This document shows, piece by piece, positions 8,946 to 19,818 of a DNA stretch of 64,000 nucleotides. The position numbers and the translations under genes were made by a program. Numbering within the stretch: position 1 is the stretch's first letter; every line of letters starts with the position of its first letter. The notes beneath the pieces were generated by a model that was given only the letters and a program-made list of their open reading frames with translations, was not told where the DNA came from and made no database searches. The DNA comes from an uncultured Prevotellaceae bacterium (GTDB lineage: Bacteria > Bacteroidota > Bacteroidia > Bacteroidales > Bacteroidaceae): the NCBI GenBank assembly GCA_902784615.1, contig CACZVN010000002.1:31321-95320 (forward strand). The letters run 5' to 3'.

Positions 8946-10037
8946 CTAAAACGCCACCTGTACCTGCGCCTGCAGCCAGTCATAATCCTTGCTGCTGATA
9001 TTCTCGCCACAGAGACAACGCGTATATTGCAGTTGCACACGGCACTTCTTATAGAACCAGTACTGGATACCCAGCGTCAGATTCGTCTGATCCCAGCCAT
9101 CCACCTTCGTATTACGATCGAAGGTCTCACCACTGGCCACAATGTCGAGGGCATCTACCACAGGGATGGCAGCAGTGACATAACCACCACGGCTGCCTAC
9201 CTCTCCATCCTCACCACCGAGCCACTCAGCTCTCACGCTCAACGGACGGGCTTCCTTATATTTTGCAGGTGAATAAGGTGCTGACTTATATTCCGCACCC
9301 ACACTGTAACGATTTCGCTTGTAATTGTCGCCAACCTGAATATCAGGGTTCCATGCAGCCGTTCCCACAGCACAGCCCGTGCCGAGGTAACCTGAGGCCA
9401 CGAAGCGTAGCCCTGGCATCGGACGTACTTCGAGTTTGGCGATAAAGTCTTTCTGGTTGTTCTGATCCTTACGGTTGATACCCTGTCCACTCATCAGGGC
9501 GAGTTCATAGTGTAACAATCCCTTAGCCAGATCGCCATAGATCTCCAGACCCATGTCACGACCATAGTTCACACCATTCAAGGGATCTGGTCCCTCACCA
9601 GCCAGATAGAGCACAGCCTGGGAATAGACATCGATCAGTTCGAGCTGGGTGGGAGAAAGTGGATTCTCCATCGAATAGGAATGCTTAAACTGTCCCAGAC
9701 GGACGGTCAGGGCATTGTCGTTGGAGATTCTGTAGTCTGTGTAGTATTCCTGAACCACGCTGGAGAAATCGTGCATAAACATAAACGACCAGCGGTCAGT
9801 GATGCGTGCTTTTGCCCATAGTAGGGTACGTTTAAGGTTGTAGGAGTTGGTTCCTTTGCCGTTGGGATTCTGGTACGACCAACCTCCCTGAGCATAACCA
9901 TTTAGAGTAATACGACTCGTGAAATCTTTCAACCAATCGATCTCACCATCTTTCTTCTGTTGCCCCATGGCGGCAACACTACTGAACACTGCCAGCATCA
10001 CTGCCAGTGTTCGAACTTTGCAAGTTTTAAGTTTCAT
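8946..10037 (-). CDS. Outer-membrane porin (OprO/OprP-like)
   Basis: Signal peptide, RLGQFK motif and C-terminal Phe (QVQVAF). Start moved to the ATG at 10037, downstream of the -7 box. Confidence 0.8.
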   Translation of the reverse strand: MKLKTCKVRTLAVMLAVFSSVAAMGQQKKDGEIDWLKDFTSRITLNGYAQGGWSYQNPNGKGTNSYNLKRTLLWAKARITDRWSFMFMHDFSSVVQEYYTDYRISNDNALTVRLGQFKHSYSMENPLSPTQLELIDVYSQAVLYLAGEGPDPLNGVNYGRDMGLEIYGDLAKGLLHYELALMSGQGINRKDQNNQKDFIAKLEVRPMPGLRFVASGYLGTGCAVGTAAWNPDIQVGDNYKRNRYSVGAEYKSAPYSPAKYKEARPLSVRAEWLGGEDGEVGSRGGYVTAAIPVVDALDIVASGETFDRNTKVDGWDQTNLTLGIQYWFYKKCRVQLQYTRCLCGENISSKDYDWLQAQVQVAF

Positions 10038-10152
10038 TTTGTCATGTTTTATAAGAAAAATTAATTCTTGCGTCGGCAAAAGTACAACTTTTCTTTCAAT
10101 CTTACAACTTTTTTTCTTAATTTTGCATCAGATTTACAAAACGCGTACGATT

Positions 10153-10788
10153 ATGACACCTAAAGAACAAAGAAATGAACGATTGGCAGAGCGGATAATC
10201 AAGGCTCTGAAGCGTCGCAACATGGAAGCCTTCTATTGTCCGACAGCGACAGAGGCAGTCAAGAAAGTATCTGAGCTGATACCAGACGGTAACAGCGTGA
10301 CATGGGGAGGATCAATGACCATCCGTGACATGGGCATCCCTCAGGCGCTGAGAGACAGAGGCACGCTGGACGTACTCGACCGTGACCTCGTGGAAGGGGC
10401 AGAAGAGAAAGTGCAGATGTACGTCCGTGCCTTTACCACCGATATCTATTTGTCGAGTGCCAATGCCATCTCAGAGGATGGTGTCATCGTGAACATCGAT
10501 GGAAACGGCAACCGCGTGGCTGCCATTACGTGGGGACCTAAGAAGGTGATTTTCGTTATTGGACTAAATAAGGTGGCGCAGACCGTCGAAGCCGCATTGG
10601 CCAGGGCCCGTAGCACAGCCTCACCCATCAATGCTGCCCGCTTTGACATCAAAACGCCCTGTCAGGTGGATGGTGTCTGCCATAACTGCAACTCAGCCGA
10701 TAGTATCTGCAACTACGTCCACTTCCTGCGCAACTCACCTCACGGCAAGCACACAGTCGTACTTGTCGGAGAAGACTTCGGTTACTAG
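10153..10788 (+). CDS. LUD-domain (LutC/YkgG-like) protein
   Basis: GGSMT, SANAISEDG, NIDGNGNRVAA and a C-terminal Cys cluster; start at ATG 10153. Confidence 0.85.
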   Translation: MTPKEQRNERLAERIIKALKRRNMEAFYCPTATEAVKKVSELIPDGNSVTWGGSMTIRDMGIPQALRDRGTLDVLDRDLVEGAEEKVQMYVRAFTTDIYLSSANAISEDGVIVNIDGNGNRVAAITWGPKKVIFVIGLNKVAQTVEAALARARSTASPINAARFDIKTPCQVDGVCHNCNSADSICNYVHFLRNSPHGKHTVVLVGEDFGY

Positions 10789-10794
10789 TCCGAA

Positions 10795-12900
10795 TTATTT
10801 CACAATCTTTCGGCCTTGCTGGATATAGATGCCATGAGGCAGTGAACTCAGGCTACCGTTATAGCGTACACCGTGCAGGTCATAAACGGAAGCGTCTTCC
10901 TGATGTACCATTGGTATATTTTGAATGCCACCCACATCAGATTTCAGGTGCGAAGCAAAGAAATCAGTTAATGCCTTCACCCAGGATTCTCCAATTTCGT
11001 GGCCAAGAGTCGGATTGATCAGGTATTGTTTTTCGGAGGATCCCATGTTGTTGAAAGCTGCCCAGGTCGTATGTGGCGGACAAGAACTGTCTTGTAAGGA
11101 AAAGTCCATGATAACCGGACAGGTAACGAGCGTTGCAAGGTTCTTTGTGTCAAAATAAGAAAGCATGGAACACATCTCCTCATCACTCATGCCAAGCAGA
11201 CGCTGCCGTCCCTTTACAACATTATCAGCCCATACAACAAGCTGGAGATAATATGGCATATCACCCAAGAAGGGCAAAGCGGGTGCTATGGCATTAATAC
11301 GTCCGTTGCCCAGTGCTGCACAGGCTATGGAGAAGGCTCCACCTTGACTGGCACCCTCAGCAAAAATATTCTGAGGTTGTACCTTCTCGCGAGTAGAGAG
11401 GAAATCGAGGGCACGCAGGCAATCCATGAAAGCGCCACGATAGTACCAAGTATCCTTGTCGCCAAGACCATAGGAGAACCAATCGCCATAGTTATTGGTA
11501 TAGGGAGGACGGTTGTTGATGGACTGTCCACGCGTAGATACCACCACATCTATCTGCGAGGGGTTATCGTCGCCACGGGGTATCCACAGCCCTCCGCCAC
11601 TGTCGTAGGCACAGAAATGGAGTACTGCTGGATAGGTACCCGCTGCCGTAGGTTCTGCGTAATAGGCACGTACGATACCTTCGCCAGTACCATCGGGGAC
11701 AGACTTCATTTCCAGGAGATAGACCTTCCGCTTCGACGTGCTTTTATCCGTAAGTTCTGTAAGAGTGTGTTGTTTGTTTATTTGAGACAGTTCTACCTTG
11801 GCGGTATTCCAAAAATCGAGGAAATCTTCCTGCATGTCAGGCGCAGCAACCATGCTCGTTGCATCATAACCAAAGAGAAAGGAACTTACTGCCTCGCCAT
11901 TAACCATAATAGTAGCATGATAGAAACCCGGTTCCCATGCCTCTGCAGGGCGATAGTCATAGCTATTGGTCTCACCAGCAGCAAGCGTCTCATAAAAACT
12001 ATAGTCATGATAGAATGTCCTCTTGTCATCTGCTATTCGGATGACATTCTTAAAATTGATAGCCTCGGCAGTAGGATTGGCGACATTGACATGGAACGTT
12101 GGCACATCTGGCGAGAACCACATCCAGTCATTGACCACAGGCACGTTTGTCAGTAGTTTAGACAGGTCTTCTTCATCGATGAGTTCAACAGATGTGAGTG
12201 TAAAGGCTATACCCTGAACGAAACAGCCATTTTGGGTCAACTCTTCGAGCATTTCGTCAGTAATAACAATGTCTGTATGATTGCCCACAAGCTGGGCATA
12301 GGTATCCATGCCTGGCAGTTCATTCCAATTGGGTGTGCGGAGAATGGCCTCTGCTCCAGGACGAAGATCCTGATGGCACAGACGCAGTACCTTCCCCGTA
12401 GCCGCATTACTAAAGCACGTCACAGGTAGTTGCTGAGTGACCGACCTATCGGAAGGGAACACGGTATAGCCTATCCACACTGCGTTCTCATAACCAGCCT
12501 CTCCTTGTCCTTCAATGATGTCAACAGCAGTAAGCACATATCCAAAACCTGTAATGATAAGACCATTCTGCTGGAGGTCATCAAGCATAACCCGATTGGC
12601 GTAATAATCCATCTGCGTCATACCTTCCTTGATGGCAGTTCCTGCTGTAGCAGCCAGATCTTTCCACATCCCATTGCGGAGAGATATCTGTGGATAATCC
12701 GCCTGACCCGTATAAACAAAGGACAACCGCAGGATATCGGCCACCCGCATATTGGAGAAATAGGAAGCGTCTAGAGAAATAGAGAGACCTTCTTTCCCAT
12801 CGATGGTCTCATACCCCTGCCAGATGGTAGTTGTGGCAGCCCCCGCCTGGTGAAAAAATGCCAATATGAATGTCAGTAAAAGAAAACAAATCTTTTTCAT
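10795..12900 (-). CDS. Secreted acetyl xylan esterase (CE7) with N-terminal repeated modules and a T9SS-type C-terminal domain
   Basis: Signal peptide; P.D...FW, RGQ and GASQGG motifs; catalytic Asp (QDSSCPP) and His (LGHE); C-terminus YDLHG...GIYIQQGRKIVK. Confidence 0.85.
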   Translation of the reverse strand: MKKICFLLLTFILAFFHQAGAATTTIWQGYETIDGKEGLSISLDASYFSNMRVADILRLSFVYTGQADYPQISLRNGMWKDLAATAGTAIKEGMTQMDYYANRVMLDDLQQNGLIITGFGYVLTAVDIIEGQGEAGYENAVWIGYTVFPSDRSVTQQLPVTCFSNAATGKVLRLCHQDLRPGAEAILRTPNWNELPGMDTYAQLVGNHTDIVITDEMLEELTQNGCFVQGIAFTLTSVELIDEEDLSKLLTNVPVVNDWMWFSPDVPTFHVNVANPTAEAINFKNVIRIADDKRTFYHDYSFYETLAAGETNSYDYRPAEAWEPGFYHATIMVNGEAVSSFLFGYDATSMVAAPDMQEDFLDFWNTAKVELSQINKQHTLTELTDKSTSKRKVYLLEMKSVPDGTGEGIVRAYYAEPTAAGTYPAVLHFCAYDSGGGLWIPRGDDNPSQIDVVVSTRGQSINNRPPYTNNYGDWFSYGLGDKDTWYYRGAFMDCLRALDFLSTREKVQPQNIFAEGASQGGAFSIACAALGNGRINAIAPALPFLGDMPYYLQLVVWADNVVKGRQRLLGMSDEEMCSMLSYFDTKNLATLVTCPVIMDFSLQDSSCPPHTTWAAFNNMGSSEKQYLINPTLGHEIGESWVKALTDFFASHLKSDVGGIQNIPMVHQEDASVYDLHGVRYNGSLSSLPHGIYIQQGRKIVK

Positions 12901-13097
12901 CGGCTGCAAAGGTACGAATAAGCGAGCGAATAACAAAATTTATTCATCCATTTTTTGATATAAGGGGGATTCCCCACGAAGGTTTAGGGATTTGCGAATG
13001 TTGTTTTAGGGACAATCCCTTTGATTGAGCCTAGGAAATCCATACCTTTGCAGTGAGATTAAGAAATAAATGTCGAACTTTTTAAAACTGTAAGATT

Positions 13098-13529
13098 ATG
13101 AAGAAGATGATGACCCTGGTGATGATGATGACGATAGCCATCTCCGCCAAAGCTTTCACATACGCAGAGGCTCGCAACGAAGCCATGTTTCTCACTGACA
13201 AGATGACGCGTGAGCTTCACCTGATGCCCGCACAGTACGATGCCGTCTATGACATCAACTTCGAGTATCTGCGCAGTGTCAACCACCACAGCAACGCCTT
13301 CGGCAGAAACTGGGAGCATCGCAACCACATGCTGCGCAACGTGCTCACCGCTCGTCAGTACGACAAGTTCATCCGCATGGAGCACCTCTATCGTCCGATG
13401 GCTGCCCATCCTGCTCCAAAGCCTGGACACGGGCCCGCTGCAAAGCCTGCGCCCACTCCGAGGAAGCCAGATCCAAGGACACCTGCTCCGAAGCATGGGC
13501 ATAGCAACCATCCAACGGCTCGTCGCTAA
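13098..13529 (+). CDS. Secreted hypothetical protein with LTxxQ-like motifs and a Pro/His-rich tail
   Basis: Signal peptide, LMPAQ and LTARQ motifs; own -7 box (13043-13050) and terminator. Confidence 0.75.
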   Translation: MKKMMTLVMMMTIAISAKAFTYAEARNEAMFLTDKMTRELHLMPAQYDAVYDINFEYLRSVNHHSNAFGRNWEHRNHMLRNVLTARQYDKFIRMEHLYRPMAAHPAPKPGHGPAAKPAPTPRKPDPRTPAPKHGHSNHPTARR

Positions 13530-13542
13530 CAATCTAACATAC

Positions 13543-13584
13543 AAAAAAGATCGCAAGCAACTTTACTTGCTTGCGATCTTTTTT
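13543..13584. terminator. Bidirectional intrinsic terminator
   Basis: aaaaaagatcgcaagcaa-ctttac-ttgcttgcgatctttttt between convergent genes. Confidence 0.85.
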
Positions 13585-13585
13585 A

Positions 13586-13662
13586 TGGTGATCCCGTTGG
13601 GATTCAAACCCAAGACCTTCAGAACCGGAATCTGACGCTCTATTCAGCTAAGCTACGGGACC
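13586..13662 (-). tRNA. tRNA-Arg(CCG)
   Basis: Minus strand GGTCCCGTAGCTTAGCTGAATAGAGCG-TCAGA-TTCCGGT-TCTGA-AGGTC-TTGGG-TTTGAAT-CCCAA-CGGGATC-ACCA forms a full cloverleaf with encoded CCA. Confidence 0.95.
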
Positions 13663-13679
13663 GTTATTGCTATTTGTTG

Positions 13680-16190
13680 TTATTTCAAGAGATTCATAAC
13701 TGACACCAAGAGTGTTACAATGGTTGCCATAGAGGTGCCAATAGAACCAATATTCGCAATAGTCTGCGTAGGCGTTGAGGTCTTCGTCGGCACGATGATC
13801 TCGCAACCAGGCTCTATCGCAGAACTGGACTTTGCCTTGGTGACCGTACCATTCTGATAAAGAATATACGTGCGCGACTTCTTGGCACGATTACCGAAGC
13901 CTCCAGCCTGATTCACATACCACTTATAACCTTTACCTTCACTATAGGCAACCGTATTGGGATACATCACATTACCGTTGATCTTCACTGTCCCGTTATA
14001 CTCAGGCACCACAAGCCTGTCGCCCTCACGCAGGATAATATCATCATCAGAGCCCGGATTGCGAAGTGCCTTATCAAGATTGATACCTACATAATAGATG
14101 CTGTCAGTACGCGTCACCATCGTCGTATCAAGCCCCCTACCCGTCTGTTGCTGGGCCATCTTCATCAAAGTCTGCACACGGAATCTTTCATCAGGATTCA
14201 ACAGGCGTTCCACACGGGCACCTCTGACGTATGCCTCAGCCGTGACACCTCCAGCAGCCTTGATGGCATCGGAAAGTCTCGTATTCTTCATGGGGAGCGA
14301 ATAAGTTCCTTCGAAGAGCACCTCACCTAACACCTGAACATTACGCTGCGGATGGTAACCTGGACTCTTTCGAACATACACCTCATCGTATGGCTGAAGA
14401 GTGAATGAGCGGTCGCCATCAACCACATAGCCATTCTTAAGAGAGAAACTGAATGTCTGGGCAATGGCTTTGTCTGATGAGGTAGCAGCAGGATCCGAGA
14501 TACGTCTTGCCACATCGACCTTCGCCGTAGAAGTGGCATCCGTTGGGCCACCAGCCTGCAGGATCAGATCCTCAATCGTCTCATCCTCCGCATACTCATA
14601 CGTCCCTGGGAACTGCACTTCACCATGAATGGTGAGCGTACGTCTTGACATCGTCTCCAAACGATAGGGGATATACAGATCGTCTTCATTCTCCAAGGCA
14701 ATATCTGCCACCGTACCAGCCAGCAATCCATCCACGTCAATGCTAATCACCTTACGGGTACGATCTGGATTCATCCGGTACAGCATGGCATGAGCAGAGA
14801 AAGCATCCTCCGTCAAACCTCCAGAGCGTTCAATTAATGAACGGATGGTTGTTGTGCCACCAAGGTCGTATTTACCGGGATGGAACACAGCTCCGCGAAC
14901 AGTAATGGTATTCTCATACCTGTCAAGAATGGAATCGACCGTCACAGAGTCGCCATCCATAAGCCGGAATTCTGCCATATCAAACTCAGAAACACTATAA
15001 GCAGAATAATGATCTCCAGCAGTACGGTTCAATTTGACAGCAGTTTTATATGCTTTATTGGAAAAGCCACCAGCATATTTCACCAAGGTGGCAATACTCT
15101 CATTCGCCTTCATCTCATAGGCCATTGGGCGCTTCACATTACCAACAATATCGACTATACAGTCATATGGTCCCACCACAATGACGTCATTATCGCTCAG
15201 ACGGACATTACCCGTCAGGCGCCCATTGAGGATATAATCATAGACATCTACAACCGTCAACTGACGACCATTACGATAGACTTTAATGTTTCGAAGCGTA
15301 CCTACGCCATTGACGCCACCTGCTATATAAAGAGCATGGAAAACACTCGCAAAAGCCGAGAGAGTATATGTACCTGGTGCAGCCACCTCACCCATCACGT
15401 TAACCGTGATTGTACGTGTCTGAGCCACCGTCAGTTGAATTTTGGAATTGCTATAACGACTTCCCAACTGTTCCTTAATCTTTGCATTTGCTGCTGCCAC
15501 GGATAAACCAGCAAGATGAATAGGACCAACTCCTTCAACGATCACTGTTCCATCAGGAGAAACCTCAAGTTTCTGGGATTTCTGAGAGGCACCATACACA
15601 TCAATAGCGACAAAGTCGCCGGGTCCCACCACATAACTGGAAGGTGTGGGGATATTCATATTGGGCTCAAAGGAAAGTGTACGTTTGTTGAAGATATCAC
15701 GACCGAAAACCTGCTTGCCATTAACTAGCAGATTCATTGAGTCCTTGATATACACATTAGGGCGTGTGTCCAGATCATTAATTTCGTATTCACTACTTCC
15801 TAACGGATTATAGCCATCCGTCGAGCTATAGAGCGGATTACCTTCATTATCAACTCTTACAGATCCATTGGACTCACGCATGCGGGAACTTGCGGAATAA
15901 GAGGAGGAAGAGGGGGAAGAGGAGGAAGATGAGGAAGTTGTAAGGCGTAACGACTTCGACGAACTAGAGCCTCCCTGATTCTCATACAAACTCTTTAAAC
16001 GCTGAAGTTGCTTGGCATCAACACCACGCTGCATCAGTTTTATGAAAATCTGTGCCTGATCCGTCCCGGCCTTCCTTTCTTTCTGAACAAATTCCAAAAT
16101 CTCCAAGTCGCTCATTGACTGAGCATCCGCTGTGAGCACACCCACAAACAGTGACACTATCAGGAATACCCTTCTTATAATCTTCTCCAC
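13680..16190 (-). CDS. Polysaccharide export protein with multiple SLBB domains (KpsD/Wza-like)
   Basis: YVVGPGD...IDVYG export motif and repeated G-x-V-x-x-PG-x-Y SLBB units. GTG start at 16190 chosen because 16217 lies inside the -7 box. Confidence 0.88.
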   Translation of the reverse strand: MEKIIRRVFLIVSLFVGVLTADAQSMSDLEILEFVQKERKAGTDQAQIFIKLMQRGVDAKQLQRLKSLYENQGGSSSSKSLRLTTSSSSSSSPSSSSYSASSRMRESNGSVRVDNEGNPLYSSTDGYNPLGSSEYEINDLDTRPNVYIKDSMNLLVNGKQVFGRDIFNKRTLSFEPNMNIPTPSSYVVGPGDFVAIDVYGASQKSQKLEVSPDGTVIVEGVGPIHLAGLSVAAANAKIKEQLGSRYSNSKIQLTVAQTRTITVNVMGEVAAPGTYTLSAFASVFHALYIAGGVNGVGTLRNIKVYRNGRQLTVVDVYDYILNGRLTGNVRLSDNDVIVVGPYDCIVDIVGNVKRPMAYEMKANESIATLVKYAGGFSNKAYKTAVKLNRTAGDHYSAYSVSEFDMAEFRLMDGDSVTVDSILDRYENTITVRGAVFHPGKYDLGGTTTIRSLIERSGGLTEDAFSAHAMLYRMNPDRTRKVISIDVDGLLAGTVADIALENEDDLYIPYRLETMSRRTLTIHGEVQFPGTYEYAEDETIEDLILQAGGPTDATSTAKVDVARRISDPAATSSDKAIAQTFSFSLKNGYVVDGDRSFTLQPYDEVYVRKSPGYHPQRNVQVLGEVLFEGTYSLPMKNTRLSDAIKAAGGVTAEAYVRGARVERLLNPDERFRVQTLMKMAQQQTGRGLDTTMVTRTDSIYYVGINLDKALRNPGSDDDIILREGDRLVVPEYNGTVKINGNVMYPNTVAYSEGKGYKWYVNQAGGFGNRAKKSRTYILYQNGTVTKAKSSSAIEPGCEIIVPTKTSTPTQTIANIGSIGTSMATIVTLLVSVMNLLK

Positions 16191-16325
16191 AATATTTTTT
16201 CGTTTAAAACGCTGCAAAAGTACATATTTTTATTGTTCTGGCAAAATAAAATAGATGAAAATCTATGCTGTTTACAGAAAAATAAGTAATTTTGTGCCCT
16301 GATGAAAGAATAGACAGAGTAAAAA

Positions 16326-17546
16326 ATGAACATTGTAGAAAGGTTTATCAATTATACGAAGTTTGACACACAGTCTGTAGAAGATAGTGACCGTGTACCA
16401 AGTACAGAAAAGCAACTTGAATTTGCAGCCTATCTCAAAAAAGAATTAGAGAGAGAAGGCCTCAGCGACATAACATTGGACGAAAAAGGCTATCTCTACG
16501 CGACCTTAAAAGGGAACACTAAGGATGTCCCGACTATTGGATTTATCTCACATTATGACACCAGTCCAGATTGTTCGGGTGCCAACGTCAATGCCCGTAT
16601 TGTTGAAAACTACGATGGTAGTGACATCTTGCTTTCAGAGGGTATTGTCAGTAGCCCAGACAAGTTTCCAGAATTGTTACAGCATGTGGGTGAAAACCTG
16701 ATTGTGACGGATGGCCACACCCTCCTTGGTGCTGATGACAAGGCTGGTATTGCCGAAATCGTCGAAGCCATGTGCTTCTTACGTAACCACCCGGAAATCA
16801 AACATGGAGATATACGCATCGCCTTTAATCCTGACGAGGAGATTGGCATGGGAGCCCATCATTTTGATGTGGAGTTGTTCGGTTGTGAATGGGCATATAC
16901 CATGGACGGTGGTGACGTGGGGGAATTGGAGTTTGAGAACTTCAACGCTGCCAGTGCGAAAGTAGCCATAAAGGGTATCAGCGTACATCCGGGTTATGCG
17001 AAAGACAAAATGGTGAATGCCAATGCTCTGGCTGCAGAATTCGTCCAGTTATTGCCTGCGGACGAACGACCAGAGACGACTGAAGGCTATCAGGGTTTCT
17101 ACCATCTGCTTGGCATCCAATCAAACGTTGAAAGTGCAAGAATGAACTATATCATCCGTGACCATAACCGCGACATATTTGAGGATCGTAAACACTTTAT
17201 GCAAAAGTGTGCAGATCAGATGAATGCCATATATGGAGCAGAAACCGTAACCCTGGAGATCAAAGACCAGTACTATAACATGAAGGAAAAGATCGACCCG
17301 CAGATGCACGTCATTGACGTGGTAGTCCATGCCATGCAGGACTGCGGCGTGGCTCCTAAAGTCAAGCCTATCCGCGGAGGTACAGACGGTGCACAACTTT
17401 CCTTCAAGGGACTTCCCTGCCCCAACATCTTTGCTGGTGGCGTGAATTTCCACGGGCCATACGAGTTCATAAGCATTCAGTCAATGGAAAAGGCCAAACA
17501 GGTAATTGTAAGAATCTGCGAACTGGTTGCAGGTTTTAATGATTAG
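16326..17546 (+). CDS. pepT: Peptidase T
   Basis: [30 protein letters not shown] and NFHG motifs. Confidence 0.96.
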   Translation: MNIVERFINYTKFDTQSVEDSDRVPSTEKQLEFAAYLKKELEREGLSDITLDEKGYLYATLKGNTKDVPTIGFISHYDTSPDCSGANVNARIVENYDGSDILLSEGIVSSPDKFPELLQHVGENLIVTDGHTLLGADDKAGIAEIVEAMCFLRNHPEIKHGDIRIAFNPDEEIGMGAHHFDVELFGCEWAYTMDGGDVGELEFENFNAASAKVAIKGISVHPGYAKDKMVNANALAAEFVQLLPADERPETTEGYQGFYHLLGIQSNVESARMNYIIRDHNRDIFEDRKHFMQKCADQMNAIYGAETVTLEIKDQYYNMKEKIDPQMHVIDVVVHAMQDCGVAPKVKPIRGGTDGAQLSFKGLPCPNIFAGGVNFHGPYEFISIQSMEKAKQVIVRICELVAGFND

Positions 17547-19797
17547 CCATCAAAGCATCAAGTGATTCCCGCTCACCCACGACCCAGATGATATCACCCA
17601 CCTGGAACTTACGGGTAGGCCTATAGGATGAGAGATTCTCCTTTCCTTCTTCAAGACCTACAACCATACAACTATAGATATCACGGATACCGCTTTCGAT
17701 GAGCGATTTGCCTACAAACGGACTTTCCTCACCGATAACCAACTGCCGCAGTTTCATCTCACGGAGTTCGATATTCGGATCTTCGCCCAGCACCTCGTTC
17801 TCCAGAGCCTGACGAAAACCTGTGAACTGCGCATCACTTCCAATAGCCTGAAGCACATCACCTGGGAAAATAATGCAGTCACCGTCAGGAATATTGATAC
17901 GACAGCCTCCACGTAAGATACTACTGATATGAACACCATACTTTTGTCCCAAGTTCAACTGCTTCAGCGTCTGTCCCATCCATTGAGAATTAAAAGGAAC
18001 TTGAAAATCGGCGATATGGATATCACGATCCAGCAACTTTCCCTCATACAACGGCCGCTTCTTACCGTGAACCTGTGCCTGAATGTCACGTGAACGCAGA
18101 TTCTGAACAAACAGACGCTCCAGAGTAATGCTCCTCATCTTGACAGTTCTGGAAAAAATAATCAGCAGGACAACCACCACACCAATAGTAATCATCAAGG
18201 CACTGGAGAATCGGCTCAAATAATTGCAGATATAGAATATAAATGCAATGGCTATCACCATCCTGACAAGAATCGTGAAAAGCAGAGGCAGATGATTACG
18301 GTGACTCTCTGCCCATAAAGCCTTGAATTCCTCGCTATGATTCTTCTTCATCAACATAGCCCTCAGAAACGGTGAGATTAAAATGACTGTCAGAAGACCT
18401 GTAATGGCATTTGCATACCAATGGAGTTCCCATCCTGGCAGCAGTTTCCTCGTAAAGGGCAGTACGAATGTAAACATGACTGCAATAGTAGCAGAGGACA
18501 AGATTGAGTAAATCAGCGTATAGGTAGTCATCTGCGACAACAATTTCTTCCAATTGCTCCGTTCCTGAGTATGTGTACTATTGATGGTCAAACGGTTGAG
18601 TGACTGTATCAACTTGTTGGGCAGACGGTGCTCTAGCTGATTATAGGCCGGTGTGGCTAAACGAATCATATAAGGTGTAAGGAAAGTGGTGATGACAGAA
18701 ACGGCCACCACCACAGGATACAGGAAATCGCTGATAACCCCCAAGGACAAACCTAACGAGGCTATGATAAAAGAAAACTCGCCAATCTGCGCCATGGAGA
18801 ATCCACAACGCACAGCCGACTTTAACGACTCACCACCCAACATAAAGGAGAACGTACCAAAGATAGCCTGTCCCAACAGGATTGTCAACACAAGACATAA
18901 GATAGGTACAGCATATTCTACCAGAATCTTTGGATCAACCAACATACCCACAGAGACAAAGAATATTGCTCCGAAGAGATTCTTCACGGGTTCCACCAGT
19001 TTCTCGATACGCTCTGCTTCAATGGTCTCTGCAAGAATACTGCCCATGATAAATGCGCCGAAAGCCGAACTGAATCCCACTTTAGTGGAGAATACCGCCA
19101 TTGCGCAGCAGAGACCAAGCGACACCACCAACAGTACCTCATTATTAATCAACCGCCGCACAGCACGCAAAAAAAGTGGAATGGCAAAAATACCCACGAT
19201 GAGCCACAACACCAAGAAGAAACCAATTTTCATAACAGAGCCCAGCATCTGTCCACCGTCCGGATTACTGCCACTGGCAATGGCGCTCAGCATCACCATC
19301 ATCACAATGGCTAAGATATCTTCTAAGATTAGTACGCTCATCACCATTCCTGCAAACTGCTGCTGGCGCAGGCCCAAGTCATCAAAAGCCTTATAAATAA
19401 TGGTTGTAGAAGACATGGCGAGCATACCACCAAGGAAAATACAGTCCATCTTCTCCCAACCAAAGGAATAACCCACACATACACCTAACATTGACATGCA
19501 GAAAATAATGGTACAAGTGGAGATTATGGGTGAAGCCCCCATCCTGAGGATTTTCTTAAACGAGAAATCGAGTCCCAATGAAAACAGCAGGAACATCACG
19601 CCGATGTCAGCCCACAGGTGAATATTTTCTGTATCCGCCACCGATGCGGTATAAGGCATGTGTGGACTCACCAAGAAACCTGCCACGATATATCCTAACA
19701 CCAACGGTTGCTTCAGTCTCTTGAAAATCAGTGTCACGACGCCCGCTACCACCAGCATCAAAGCAAGGTCTTCAATCAATGAGGGTAATTCTGCCAT
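17536..19797 (-). CDS. CPA2 cation:proton antiporter with C-terminal TrkA-C domains
   Basis: SSTTII, LILEDI and QIGEFSFII motifs; two RCK-C-like domains. Confidence 0.9.
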   Translation of the reverse strand: MAELPSLIEDLALMLVVAGVVTLIFKRLKQPLVLGYIVAGFLVSPHMPYTASVADTENIHLWADIGVMFLLFSLGLDFSFKKILRMGASPIISTCTIIFCMSMLGVCVGYSFGWEKMDCIFLGGMLAMSSTTIIYKAFDDLGLRQQQFAGMVMSVLILEDILAIVMMVMLSAIASGSNPDGGQMLGSVMKIGFFLVLWLIVGIFAIPLFLRAVRRLINNEVLLVVSLGLCCAMAVFSTKVGFSSAFGAFIMGSILAETIEAERIEKLVEPVKNLFGAIFFVSVGMLVDPKILVEYAVPILCLVLTILLGQAIFGTFSFMLGGESLKSAVRCGFSMAQIGEFSFIIASLGLSLGVISDFLYPVVVAVSVITTFLTPYMIRLATPAYNQLEHRLPNKLIQSLNRLTINSTHTQERSNWKKLLSQMTTYTLIYSILSSATIAVMFTFVLPFTRKLLPGWELHWYANAITGLLTVILISPFLRAMLMKKNHSEEFKALWAESHRNHLPLLFTILVRMVIAIAFIFYICNYLSRFSSALMITIGVVVVLLIIFSRTVKMRSITLERLFVQNLRSRDIQAQVHGKKRPLYEGKLLDRDIHIADFQVPFNSQWMGQTLKQLNLGQKYGVHISSILRGGCRINIPDGDCIIFPGDVLQAIGSDAQFTGFRQALENEVLGEDPNIELREMKLRQLVIGEESPFVGKSLIESGIRDIYSCMVVGLEEGKENLSSYRPTRKFQVGDIIWVVGERESLDALMANH

Positions 19798-19818
19798 ATT
19801 CTTTCACTTATCACGTCT

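Noticed and set aside
13008-13020. agggacaatccct as a third copy of the menE/menC element
   Set aside because: Only a one-mismatch 11-bp core; it has no CAC flank, second unit or terminal IR.
13586-13680. tRNA as an integration site for a genomic island
   Set aside because: No integrase and no duplicated tRNA 3' end were seen; a terminator follows immediately.
15890-15970. Poly-Ser tract in the SLBB protein as a contingency locus
   Set aside because: Mixed Ser codons in a linker; not a pure slippage-prone repeat.
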